Source of the DNA: an uncultured delta proteobacterium
GTDB taxonomy: Bacteria; Myxococcota_A; Polyangia; Fen-1088
NCBI GenBank assembly: GCA_963758155.1
Contig: CAVWUP010000018.1
Coordinates: 173,026 to 237,025 of the forward strand
DNA: 64,000 nt
Direction of reading: 5' to 3'
Position 1 is the stretch's first letter, and each line of letters begins with the position of its first letter. Below are positions 56,567 through 64,000 of the stretch, piece after piece. Made by a program: the position numbers and the translations under genes. The notes beneath the pieces are model-generated. The model did not search any database. It was not told the origin of the DNA and worked only from the letters and a program-made list of their open reading frames with translations.

Positions 56567-57297
56567 TTTGCGGGTGCAGCGGGTAGGGGTGGAGGAGGCG
56601 GGACTGGCTGCGCTGGTGCGGAGGAAGGTGGCGGTAGCGGGGCTGGTGCCGGCGGCGGTGCCGGAGCCGGTGTCGGCGCGGGCGGCGGCGGTGCAGGCGG
56701 CGCTGGTGCCGGCGCGGGCGGCGGTGATGACGATAGTGGCGGCGCGGTGGGCCCGCCGTCGGAGAGAGCCCTTGCGACCAGCTTGTCGAGCGAGTCGTCG
56801 ACCACGTCGCTCTTGAGGACTTCCTCGGCGCGACTGATCAGCGCGCCCTTCTCGGCATCGAAGAGCAAGATGACGATCTTGACCGGCGCCTTCTTCTTGG
56901 CCTTGCCCACGCGTTCCATCTCGGCCCACAGCAGACGATCGGCACCCAGCAACTTGGCCACCTTCACGTAGCATTCGTCATTGGCCTGGACACACTCGGC
57001 CTGCCCCTGCGCCGTTTCCATGCTGATCGCGGCGACCGTTCGTTCGTCCACACCCAGCACCTCGGCCCTGACCAGCTTCTCGTTGAGCGCGGTGGCAGCG
57101 TTGGGCAACAAGAACCTTTCCGCCGGCAACAGGACCAGCTTCACCTTCTTGGGTGGCGGTGGCGGCGGCGGTGGCGGCGGCGGCGGAACGTAGCGAACCG
57201 GCGCCTCGCGCGGGCTTCGACGGGGAACGCAGCCGACGAGCGTGGTCAGAACCAGTCCGGTCACCAGGAAGATCTTGACTGTTGAGTTCACGGTCAT
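56563..57297 (-). CDS. Lipoprotein with poly-proline segments
   Basis: From MTVNSTVKIFLVTGLVLTTLVGC (lipobox), with a P12 run and a C-terminal PAPAPP-rich tail. Shine-Dalgarno GGAG. Confidence 0.5.
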   Translation of the reverse strand: MTVNSTVKIFLVTGLVLTTLVGCVPRRSPREAPVRYVPPPPPPPPPPPPKKVKLVLLPAERFLLPNAATALNEKLVRAEVLGVDERTVAAISMETAQGQAECVQANDECYVKVAKLLGADRLLWAEMERVGKAKKKAPVKIVILLFDAEKGALISRAEEVLKSDVVDDSLDKLVARALSDGGPTAPPLSSSPPPAPAPAPPAPPPPAPTPAPAPPPAPAPLPPPSSAPAQPVPPPPPLPAAPAK

Positions 57298-57423
57298 CTC
57301 CAAGGGCTGAATATACCCCTCATCCGCAAGAAGAGGGCCATCTGGATCGCCTTCTATCACCCCGGACGGTGGCGGGCCTGGCCCGCATTATGGCAAGCTT
57401 GGGCGATCGATTCCAGTGGTCAA

Positions 57424-58320
57424 CTAGTTCGCAGGCCCGCTGCCACGACAGCCATCCTCGACCGGGCGGGATTGGCCGTCAGGTCCCTGACTAGTGCGCT
57501 TGTCGACGGCTGCAAAGCCAAGCAGCGCCTGCGCGTTTTCCCGGAAGAGATGGCGCTCGCGTTCCGCGCCGAGATCCAGCGCGCGGGCCAAGCGCAGCGT
57601 CTCGGCCTGGCTGGCCCACGGCGAGTCGGTGCCGAAAAGGATGTACTCCTGTGGATGGGCCGTCAGAAACTCACGCGCCCGCTGCGGGCCGAGCTGTTCC
57701 AGCGACATGGAGATCTCCATGTAGATGGGCTTGCCCAGCAGGAGACGTTCGACTTCATCCCAGTCGTCCCACGCACCGGTGTGAGTCGCCACGAATCTGA
57801 GGTTGGGAAATTTGTCGAGCAGGCGGACGATGCGCACCGGATCGGCCCTGCGGTCTCGCGGATAGGCGAAGTCGAAGCCCGTGTGGCAAACCACCAGCAA
57901 GCGCATCTGTTCCAGCACGCGAAAGAAATGAAAAAGCGTGGGGTCGTCGAGCTCGAAGTCCTGGTAGTAGGGATGCAACTTGATTCCAGCCAGCCCCGCC
58001 TGCGCCACCAGCCGCGCCTTGCCCACCGGATCCGGTCCCTTGGGGTGGACCGAGGGAAGCGGGACAATCCTCGGCGAGGCGATCTGGCGCGACCAATCGA
58101 GAATCGGCGCGAAGTGATCGGGTTTGGTGGCGATGGAGCACACCACGGCGCGCTCGATGCCCGCGCTGTCCATGGAAGCCAGAAGCGAGGAGAGCTTGCC
58201 ATCGAGGAAAGCCTTGGCGTCGCCTTCCTTTTCGAGGTGAGCGATGGCCCGTTCGGCCAGGGCATCCGGAAAGGCGTGCGCGTGAAAATCGATGATTCCA
58301 TCCAGGGCGGGCTCGTTCAT
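57424..58320 (-). CDS. Amidohydrolase-2 family metal-dependent hydrolase (TIM barrel)
   Basis: IDFHAHAFP N-terminal metal-binding motif. The conserved His/Asp pattern of PF04909-type proteins. Confidence 0.5.
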   Translation of the reverse strand: MNEPALDGIIDFHAHAFPDALAERAIAHLEKEGDAKAFLDGKLSSLLASMDSAGIERAVVCSIATKPDHFAPILDWSRQIASPRIVPLPSVHPKGPDPVGKARLVAQAGLAGIKLHPYYQDFELDDPTLFHFFRVLEQMRLLVVCHTGFDFAYPRDRRADPVRIVRLLDKFPNLRFVATHTGAWDDWDEVERLLLGKPIYMEISMSLEQLGPQRAREFLTAHPQEYILFGTDSPWASQAETLRLARALDLGAERERHLFRENAQALLGFAAVDKRTSQGPDGQSRPVEDGCRGSGPAN

Positions 58321-58583
58321 GGCAGTTCCTTCGACTCCAGGTCACGCTCGCACAGGCGTCAATTTTGTGCCGGTTTTGTGAAAAAAGTCTGTCATTAAAT
58401 TGACATCACGCGCTGCGTCTCCTATCCCATCTATTTTGGCACCCGATTGAGGGCGCCGTTAAATTGGCGTGGCTAGGCCATTTCTTGCTGTTACGCACTG
58501 CATTTTGGCGATTCCAATTCATCAATATCGCTGTAGGCAAGATTGTGCACGACCTTTGCTTGGTATTGGAGATCACGGATTCA

Positions 58584-59303
58584 ATGCCACCGAGCGATAA
58601 CAAGGAGGTTCTGAGCCGGTTCATTGCATCGACTAGAAGAAGACTCGAACGAGCAGAGAAGGTTATTGCTTCGCCCGAGCACGCAGACGGCAGGGCCTTG
58701 GCCATGGAGATCCATTTGATTTGGGGCGAGGCCGCGATGCTGGAACTGCCCCGAATCGCACAGCTGGCCCGCGAGGCAGAGTCGGCGGCTCGACGTCTGG
58801 GTACGCAAGACACGGCCGAAGCGCGGATTGCCTGCGCCGCAGCCGTTCGCTCCATGCGCGAAGGGCTGGACGACGAGGAGGCACGCTGGAACGCGCAGCA
58901 CGGATCGGAGTACGCCAACGAAGGGCGTCCTTGCCGCGTGCTCGTGGTGGACGACAGCCCCTTTGCTGCGCGGGCTTTGTCGCACGTCTTTGAACGCAAC
59001 GGCTTCGAGGTTCGCACCGCCACCACGATCGGCGAAGTGCTTGACCTGTGCGCGACGTTCGGACCGAGCATCCTGGTGACCGACGTGCAGATGCCCGGCG
59101 TGGATGTGTCCGAACTGTGCGACCGTTTTCGCGAGGCCACACAAGGCCAGCGCACGGGGATCGTTCTGGTTTCCGCCCGTTCGGACGTCGAGCTGCAGGA
59201 CTGCCTGCACGCCACGGGCGCCGACGACTTCATTCCCAAGTGCGCCGGCACGAACGCCGTGGTGAGCCGCGTGCGGGCACTGTCCAAGGATATTTCGGGC
59301 TAG
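58584..59303 (+). CDS. Hpt-REC response regulator (orphan)
   Basis: N-terminal helical Hpt-like region (EIHLIWGEAAMLELP, His-containing). A C-terminal receiver domain (VLVVDDSP...LVTDVQMPGVDV...K). Confidence 0.5.
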   Translation: MPPSDNKEVLSRFIASTRRRLERAEKVIASPEHADGRALAMEIHLIWGEAAMLELPRIAQLAREAESAARRLGTQDTAEARIACAAAVRSMREGLDDEEARWNAQHGSEYANEGRPCRVLVVDDSPFAARALSHVFERNGFEVRTATTIGEVLDLCATFGPSILVTDVQMPGVDVSELCDRFREATQGQRTGIVLVSARSDVELQDCLHATGADDFIPKCAGTNAVVSRVRALSKDISG

Positions 59304-59395
59304 AAGTTGGGCGGGGCCGGAGGACGGCGGGCACGCCTGGACCCTACGCTCGCAGCGTGCCCACAGACCGCTTTGCTGGTACTCTGACAGGTGTG

Positions 59396-61012
59396 ATGCG
59401 CGAGTGCCGATATCTGACAATAGGTGTGGCTTTGTCATTCGCCGCTCTTGCGTGCGCCCGGACGCCGATGGAGCGACAACGGGCGGGCACGACGAACGGA
59501 GGCACGGGTGGCGGCGACACGACTGTCGCCAGCGGCGGTGCTACTAGCGCCCCGATAGGCACAACCAGCTATTCCGGTGGCGTGACCAGCTATCCCGGTG
59601 GCGTGACCGGCCCCACGGGAGGGGCGACCACCAATGCCGGTGAAACTGCGCCACCAGGAGGAACAACAGCGAGCGGCGGGACTACCAGTGCCGGTGGGAC
59701 TGCGCCGCCAGGGGGAACAACAGCGAGCGGCGGAGCCACCAGTGCTGGTGGAACTGCGACAGCAGGCGGAACAATAGCGAGCGGCGGAAGCACCAATGCC
59801 GGTGGAACTGCGACAGCGGGGAGAACAACAGCGAGCGGCGGAAGCACCAATGCCGGTGGAACTGCGACAGCGGGGAGAACAACAGCGAGCGACGGAACCA
59901 CAAATGCGGGTGGGACTGCAACAGCAGGGAGAACCACAGCGAGCGGCGGAACCACCAATGCGGGTGGCACTGCGACAGCAGGGAGAACCACAGCGAGCGG
60001 CGGAACCGCCAGTGCCGGTGGAACTGCGACGGCAGGGAGAACCACAGCGAGCGGCGGAACCACCAGTGCCGGTGGAATTGCGACAGCGGGAGGAACAACA
60101 GCGATCGGCGGCACTTCGCTGTACGGAGGAACGCCACCAAGTTGTAGTGGCCTGGCCGCGACCTGTGGGCCGTTGAACGAGACCTGCTGCACCAGCTTTC
60201 TGGTCCCTGGCGGAACATTCTATCGGAGTTACGACGGCGTGGACAACACGGATATGAGCTACCCGGCGACGGTGAGTGACTTCTACCTCGACAAGTACGA
60301 GATCACGGTGGGCCGGTTCCGGCAGTTCGTCAACGCGGGAATGGGCACGCAGGCCAACCCGCCTGCCGCTGGCGCCGGTGCCAATCCGTTGATCCCGGGC
60401 TCGGGCTGGGACTCGGCGTGGAACGAGTGGCTCGCGACGGACGCGGCCAGCCTGACAGCCAACATAAAGTGCCCTAGCGTCAATGGTCAGAATCACACCT
60501 GGACCGACGCGGCAGGGAGTAACGAGAGTAAGGCAATGAATTGCATCGAATGGCACACGGCATTCGCGTTCTGCGCGTGGGACGGCGGACGGCTGCCGAC
60601 CGAGGCTGAATGGAACTACGCGGCCTCCGGGGGAAGCGAGCAGCGGTACTATCCGTGGTCGAGCCCGCCAACCTCGACAACAATCGACGACAGTTACGCT
60701 GTGTACTGCGGCGGCACATGCAGCATACAGAATGTGGGCTCAAAGTCTCCGAAAGGCGACGGGAAGTGGGGCCAGGCCGACCTTGGCGGGAACCTATCTG
60801 AATGGACACTGGACTACCTAGACCCATACCAAACTCCATGTGATAACTGCGCCGATCTGAACAACGTCGTCATGTGGGATATCCCCTCCAGCCGGGAGAT
60901 CCGTGGCGGCGACTTCCCCGACGGCGCCAAGGGGCTCCAGTCGGCCTTTCGCGACTTCGGCTCCCCGGGGCCTGACACCATCGGGGCACGTTGTGCCAGA
61001 ACCAGTTTGTAG
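59396..61012 (+). CDS. Lipoprotein with Gly/Thr/Ala tandem repeats and C-terminal FGE-sulfatase (SUMF1) domain
   Basis: Signal MRECRYLTIGVALSFAALAC, about 8.7 copies of an 18-aa repeat (TATAGRTTASGGTTNAGG), then an FGE domain (RLPTEAEWNYAA, GNLSEWT, RGG). ATG at 59396 has an AGGTG Shine-Dalgarno. Confidence 0.65.
   Translation: MRECRYLTIGVALSFAALACARTPMERQRAGTTNGGTGGGDTTVASGGATSAPIGTTSYSGGVTSYPGGVTGPTGGATTNAGETAPPGGTTASGGTTSAGGTAPPGGTTASGGATSAGGTATAGGTIASGGSTNAGGTATAGRTTASGGSTNAGGTATAGRTTASDGTTNAGGTATAGRTTASGGTTNAGGTATAGRTTASGGTASAGGTATAGRTTASGGTTSAGGIATAGGTTAIGGTSLYGGTPPSCSGLAATCGPLNETCCTSFLVPGGTFYRSYDGVDNTDMSYPATVSDFYLDKYEITVGRFRQFVNAGMGTQANPPAAGAGANPLIPGSGWDSAWNEWLATDAASLTANIKCPSVNGQNHTWTDAAGSNESKAMNCIEWHTAFAFCAWDGGRLPTEAEWNYAASGGSEQRYYPWSSPPTSTTIDDSYAVYCGGTCSIQNVGSKSPKGDGKWGQADLGGNLSEWTLDYLDPYQTPCDNCADLNNVVMWDIPSSREIRGGDFPDGAKGLQSAFRDFGSPGPDTIGARCARTSL
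59640..60115. repeat. 54-bp tandem coding repeat, ~8.7 copies
   Basis: Near-identical 54-nt units encoding TA(T/P)AG(R/G)TTASGG(T/S)T(N/S)AGG. Confidence 0.8.
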
Positions 61013-61116
61013 TTTGCCTAGCAACCTTCGTGTTCGCCTCGCTCTTGACAGCGAGCGGGACAGAGCGGGACGCATTGGTTCCCTACGGCGGGCAACCGAG
61101 CTAGACTCTGTCAGTC

Positions 61117-61683
61117 ATGCGGCGCGCTCTCTACTCTCTATTCTTCCTCGGCGTCCTGGCCTGCTGCCTGCTGCTCTATTGGCGGGGCGGAAGACAGGAA
61201 CCAAGTCAATCCGGCGGAGCGCTCATCGCAGGCGAGGTGGCCGCCGTTTCGCTGCCGCCGCCTCGCCTGGCCCCTGCGGTCCCAAGTCGAGACGCAAACA
61301 ATGATGCCGGCTCCCTCGCTCTGGACGAAGACTCACTGATGCAGCAAATCCGTGACTCTTGGCCACGCAATCCCAAGCTAGCCGAAACGCTGGCGCGCGA
61401 AGGCAGGCAACGCTTTCCCGACAGCCCCCAAGCCGACGAGCGCGACGCGCTTCTGGTGATGGCGCTGCTGAGTCAGCGGAGGATGGACCGCGCTCGCCTC
61501 GAAGCCTACTACTATTTCGATCACCACGAGGACGGTCGTTTCGGCGAGAGGTTGACCTACTTGACACGTGTGTACCCACCGTCCCGCAGGATCAGAACCA
61601 TGCCCCGCCCAAGGAGATCCCCCGGAGTCAAAGGCAGGCGGCGTTGGCGCTTCAATCACCAACCTGACAGGCGTATGGAATAG
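61117..61683 (+). CDS. Hypothetical membrane-anchored protein
   Basis: N-terminal TM helix LYSLFFLGVLACCLLL. The C-terminal portion is Arg-rich and may be over-extended. Confidence 0.3.
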   Translation: MRRALYSLFFLGVLACCLLLYWRGGRQEPSQSGGALIAGEVAAVSLPPPRLAPAVPSRDANNDAGSLALDEDSLMQQIRDSWPRNPKLAETLAREGRQRFPDSPQADERDALLVMALLSQRRMDRARLEAYYYFDHHEDGRFGERLTYLTRVYPPSRRIRTMPRPRRSPGVKGRRRWRFNHQPDRRME

Positions 61684-62302
61684 TCTGGCCGGCCATGCAG
61701 GGCCAGCGATAGCTGGCCAGGTCGTCCACCACATCCGTCCGCGACTCGCCAAATTCCGTAACGTCGATGACCCGACCTTCGCTGTCGAAGACCACATTGC
61801 CCCAGCTCGGACCCCATGCCGGCTGCGCCCCAGGCGCGCACCCGCCAAATCCAGCCACGGACCTAGTAAGTTCCTCCCAGATCAGATAACCGTCGTCACA
61901 ATAATAATGATACGGTGTCTCGCCGTCAGTTAGTCCTCCGTCTTGATCGGAACTGGTGCTGCCTCCCTGGGATGTCACTCCTCCGGCGGCTGACGCAGTG
62001 CTGCCAACACCGCCACTCCCGCGCCAGGTGATGTCCCCACCCCCACCGGACATGTCACCACCGGCACCGGCTTGACCGCCGGTCTCCACGCCACCTCCCC
62101 CGTTGCCCCCGCTGGCCATAACGCCGCCAACCTCGACATTCCCACCTTCGCCGCTCGAACCAGCGGCGGCAGGTCCATCGCTGGCCGCATGCAGTGCGTG
62201 CCCCCCACAACCTCCCAACAGAGCCGCCACCACAACTAGGAAATGCCGTTGATAGGCCGGCGATGGGGCCGTCTGCACAGTCTTTCGATTGACCACCTTC
62301 AT
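61652..62302 (-). CDS. Glycine-rich lipoprotein with small Cys-containing C-terminal domain
   Basis: Lipobox LLGGC, then G/S/A low complexity, then YYCDDGY...GGC...PCMAG...YAC. Confidence 0.45.
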   Translation of the reverse strand: MKVVNRKTVQTAPSPAYQRHFLVVVAALLGGCGGHALHAASDGPAAAGSSGEGGNVEVGGVMASGGNGGGGVETGGQAGAGGDMSGGGGDITWRGSGGVGSTASAAGGVTSQGGSTSSDQDGGLTDGETPYHYYCDDGYLIWEELTRSVAGFGGCAPGAQPAWGPSWGNVVFDSEGRVIDVTEFGESRTDVVDDLASYRWPCMAGQTIPYACQVGD

Positions 62303-62597
62303 GCTCCTTCGGCCAGGCGGAGTGCGACATGGCCGTCAATGTGCTGAAGCCGATGGGCGCCAGAATCGGCGCCAACGCCCGCGTCGTATAAGTATGCCAC
62401 ATTTCGGCCTGCTGAACTCACGGTGAGTTTTCACCGACTGTCGCCTGCTCTTGGCCCGGCCATTGGGGAGTCGGCTCAGCCTGATGGACCGTCCGTCTTA
62501 CCCAATGGCGACAGCCGCTGGCTATGGCATCTCCTGATGGTCCCGAGCACCGCAGAAGCATCTGCATGGCGCCAGATCCAATAGCCACCTGGTCGAA

Positions 62598-64000
62598 TTA
62601 GTGGTCTGCATACCACTGCATGACGTCACTCAGCAACTTGTCGGGCGCGCGCATGGGAACAGTGTGCCCGGAGAGGTAGCCCGTCGGCATGGTAACTTTG
62701 GCCGTAATTCCGTTGGACGTGTAATTGACCTGCATCAAGCCGGGATTGGACAGTGGGCCATTAGGGTTGTTGCTGGCCGTCTGGTTGTAAGTAACGCTCG
62801 ACACAAGATTCTCGATACTCTGCACCGCGTAGGGATTAGGCAGAGTGGGATGATTGGGATCCATGGGACTCGCAAGGTTGTTGAGTGCCTCGGGAATTGA
62901 CGGCGACCAAACTACCTGGTCTTCCTCCGCAACGGTGATGAAGGTGGCCACGTTGTTGTAGAGGTTGGCCAGGAAGGCGTAGGCGACCGTGGCCCCGAGA
63001 GCGTACCCGTCACTTTTTGTGGGGTCCAGGTCATCCCATTTCGAGGCTCCTGGATAGCCAGCGGCCACGGTGGGATTCCATGAAACGAAATAGCAATCGT
63101 CCGGCGCCAGGGGCGTCAGAGAATTGAAAGTACTCTTCATACTTGATGTGCTCAAAGCAAATTGCTGTGAGTCCGGTTCGGTGGAATCACCGCACTCGCT
63201 ACCGAGGCGTCCATAGGCAAGTTGGCGATACGTGGAATGCATCCAGAGGATCGTCGTCGGATCGACTCCCAGTGCCACGGTCAGGTTCGCCACATTGTTG
63301 AGCCGAACAGCAGCCGCATCCTCCTGATCTTCTGCCCAATTCACTGGCTTGTCGGCGTTGTACCCGTCGCAAGTTAACATTCCACACGCATAGGCGCAGT
63401 TGGACGGGTGGTTCGGGTCGCACGGCGGCGCAAGCTGGCACGGAAGGGTTGGGGCGTTGGTCGCACATTTCGGTAGGCCGTGGTACTGTTGATCGTTGTG
63501 CATGAAATCATTCTGACGGTTGCCCGCCACGGTGGGCTCAATCATGATTTGATGATTGAATCTCGAAGGTATACACAGATCCAAATACGGAGCCTGCCCC
63601 GGGCAGGCCAAGGAGAGGTAGGAAGTCAGGTCCTGGTACAACTGCGGATCGTAATAGGAGGAGCCGGCCGTATTGAGAGATAGATACCCGTAAAGGTAGT
63701 ACAACATCAGTGTGGCCCGCGCGCCACTGTAGCTCTCCGGGACCAGGATGACCTGATTGTCCAACAAGGCAGGGTGGCGCATAAGAAAGCGGGCGAGGAT
63801 CTGAAGGAAGATCCCTGCGTCGCGAGAGACGTCGTTGCCAATCGACGGCTGCTGAAGAGTGCCCGTAGAATCATGGTAGCCCAGCGGATAGGAAAAGCCC
63901 GTAGCCGGCGCGTCGATGTAGAGCAGATTGGCAAACTGAGTCCAGTTGTTGGGGTTGACCGCGATGCCAGTAGCCGTCGTGTTTGGATTGTTTGGATCGA
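62598..64000 (-). CDS. Peptidase S10 (serine carboxypeptidase) family protein, N-terminus beyond window
   Basis: The reading frame stays open upstream of the track ORF (62598-63782) to the window edge. The upstream translation FANLLYIDAPATGFSY and, in the track ORF, LVPESYSG match the S10 oxyanion-region and catalytic Ser (GESYAG) blocks. The segment GC is visibly lower than the rest of the window. Confidence 0.55.
   Translation of the reverse strand, partial: DPNNPNTTATGIAVNPNNWTQFANLLYIDAPATGFSYPLGYHDSTGTLQQPSIGNDVSRDAGIFLQILARFLMRHPALLDNQVILVPESYSGARATLMLYYLYGYLSLNTAGSSYYDPQLYQDLTSYLSLACPGQAPYLDLCIPSRFNHQIMIEPTVAGNRQNDFMHNDQQYHGLPKCATNAPTLPCQLAPPCDPNHPSNCAYACGMLTCDGYNADKPVNWAEDQEDAAAVRLNNVANLTVALGVDPTTILWMHSTYRQLAYGRLGSECGDSTEPDSQQFALSTSSMKSTFNSLTPLAPDDCYFVSWNPTVAAGYPGASKWDDLDPTKSDGYALGATVAYAFLANLYNNVATFITVAEEDQVVWSPSIPEALNNLASPMDPNHPTLPNPYAVQSIENLVSSVTYNQTASNNPNGPLSNPGLMQVNYTSNGITAKVTMPTGYLSGHTVPMRAPDKLLSDVMQWYADH

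Noticed and set aside
58440-58470. TGGCACCCGATTGA as a sigma-54 promoter for the Hpt-REC gene
   Set aside because: The -12 element has wrong spacing and sequence (TTGAG, with GC displaced by one).

Overview
This is a high-GC (about 68-70%) bacterial chromosomal window that I assign to Myxococcales, because one protein ends in a recognisable MYXO-CTERM sorting tail (Cys, hydrophobic helix, RRRR). It also has four Hanks-type Ser/Thr kinases, a sigma-54 enhancer-binding protein and many lipoproteins with Gly/Thr/Ser-rich linkers.

Main blocks of content:
- **1-11.7 kb, minus strand:** a compact, tightly overlapping dcw cell-wall cluster, rsmH-ftsL-ftsI-murE-murF-mraY-murD-ftsW-murG. It lacks mraZ and the murC through ftsZ end, and a DUF2277-like gene sits where murC is expected.
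- **12-19.4 kb:** a Fic-fold protein with a degenerate active-site motif, rpiA, and a long-form leuA preceded by a Leu-rich leader ORF plus a terminator hairpin (candidate attenuator). These are followed by housekeeping and hypothetical genes and a frameshifted Zn-dependent alcohol dehydrogenase.
- **19.6-28.8 kb:** a GH43-like lipoprotein; an operon of an OmpA-family protein with thrombospondin type 3 repeats coupled to a glycine-rich MYXO-CTERM protein; and a sigma-54 enhancer-binding protein with a non-canonical GAFTGA loop, divergent from a Ser/Thr kinase carrying a cyclic-nucleotide-binding domain.
- **29-30.5 kb:** rpoZ embedded between two paralogous glycine-rich RRM RNA-binding protein genes.
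- **30.7-61 kb:** more kinases (one fused to TPR repeats, one to an RDD domain), a MerR-HTH/TPR fusion, two standalone FGE-sulfatase-domain proteins (one translationally coupled to a GIY-YIG protein), dacB, metK, a ClpX-like ATPase lacking the zinc-binding domain, and many lipoproteins.
- **62.3 kb to the window end:** a lower-GC segment (about 55% by eye) encoding a eukaryote-like S10 serine carboxypeptidase.

Four copies of a ~110-125 bp inverted-repeat element, TTCACCACAGAG(A/G)GCACAGAG...CTCTGTGGTGAA, lie at gene ends. One sits inside the dcw operon and one supplies the C-terminus and stop codon of a gene.

I recognised no rRNA, tRNA, CRISPR array or transposase.

Where I corrected ORF-track starts by hand, the coordinates may be off by a few bases.
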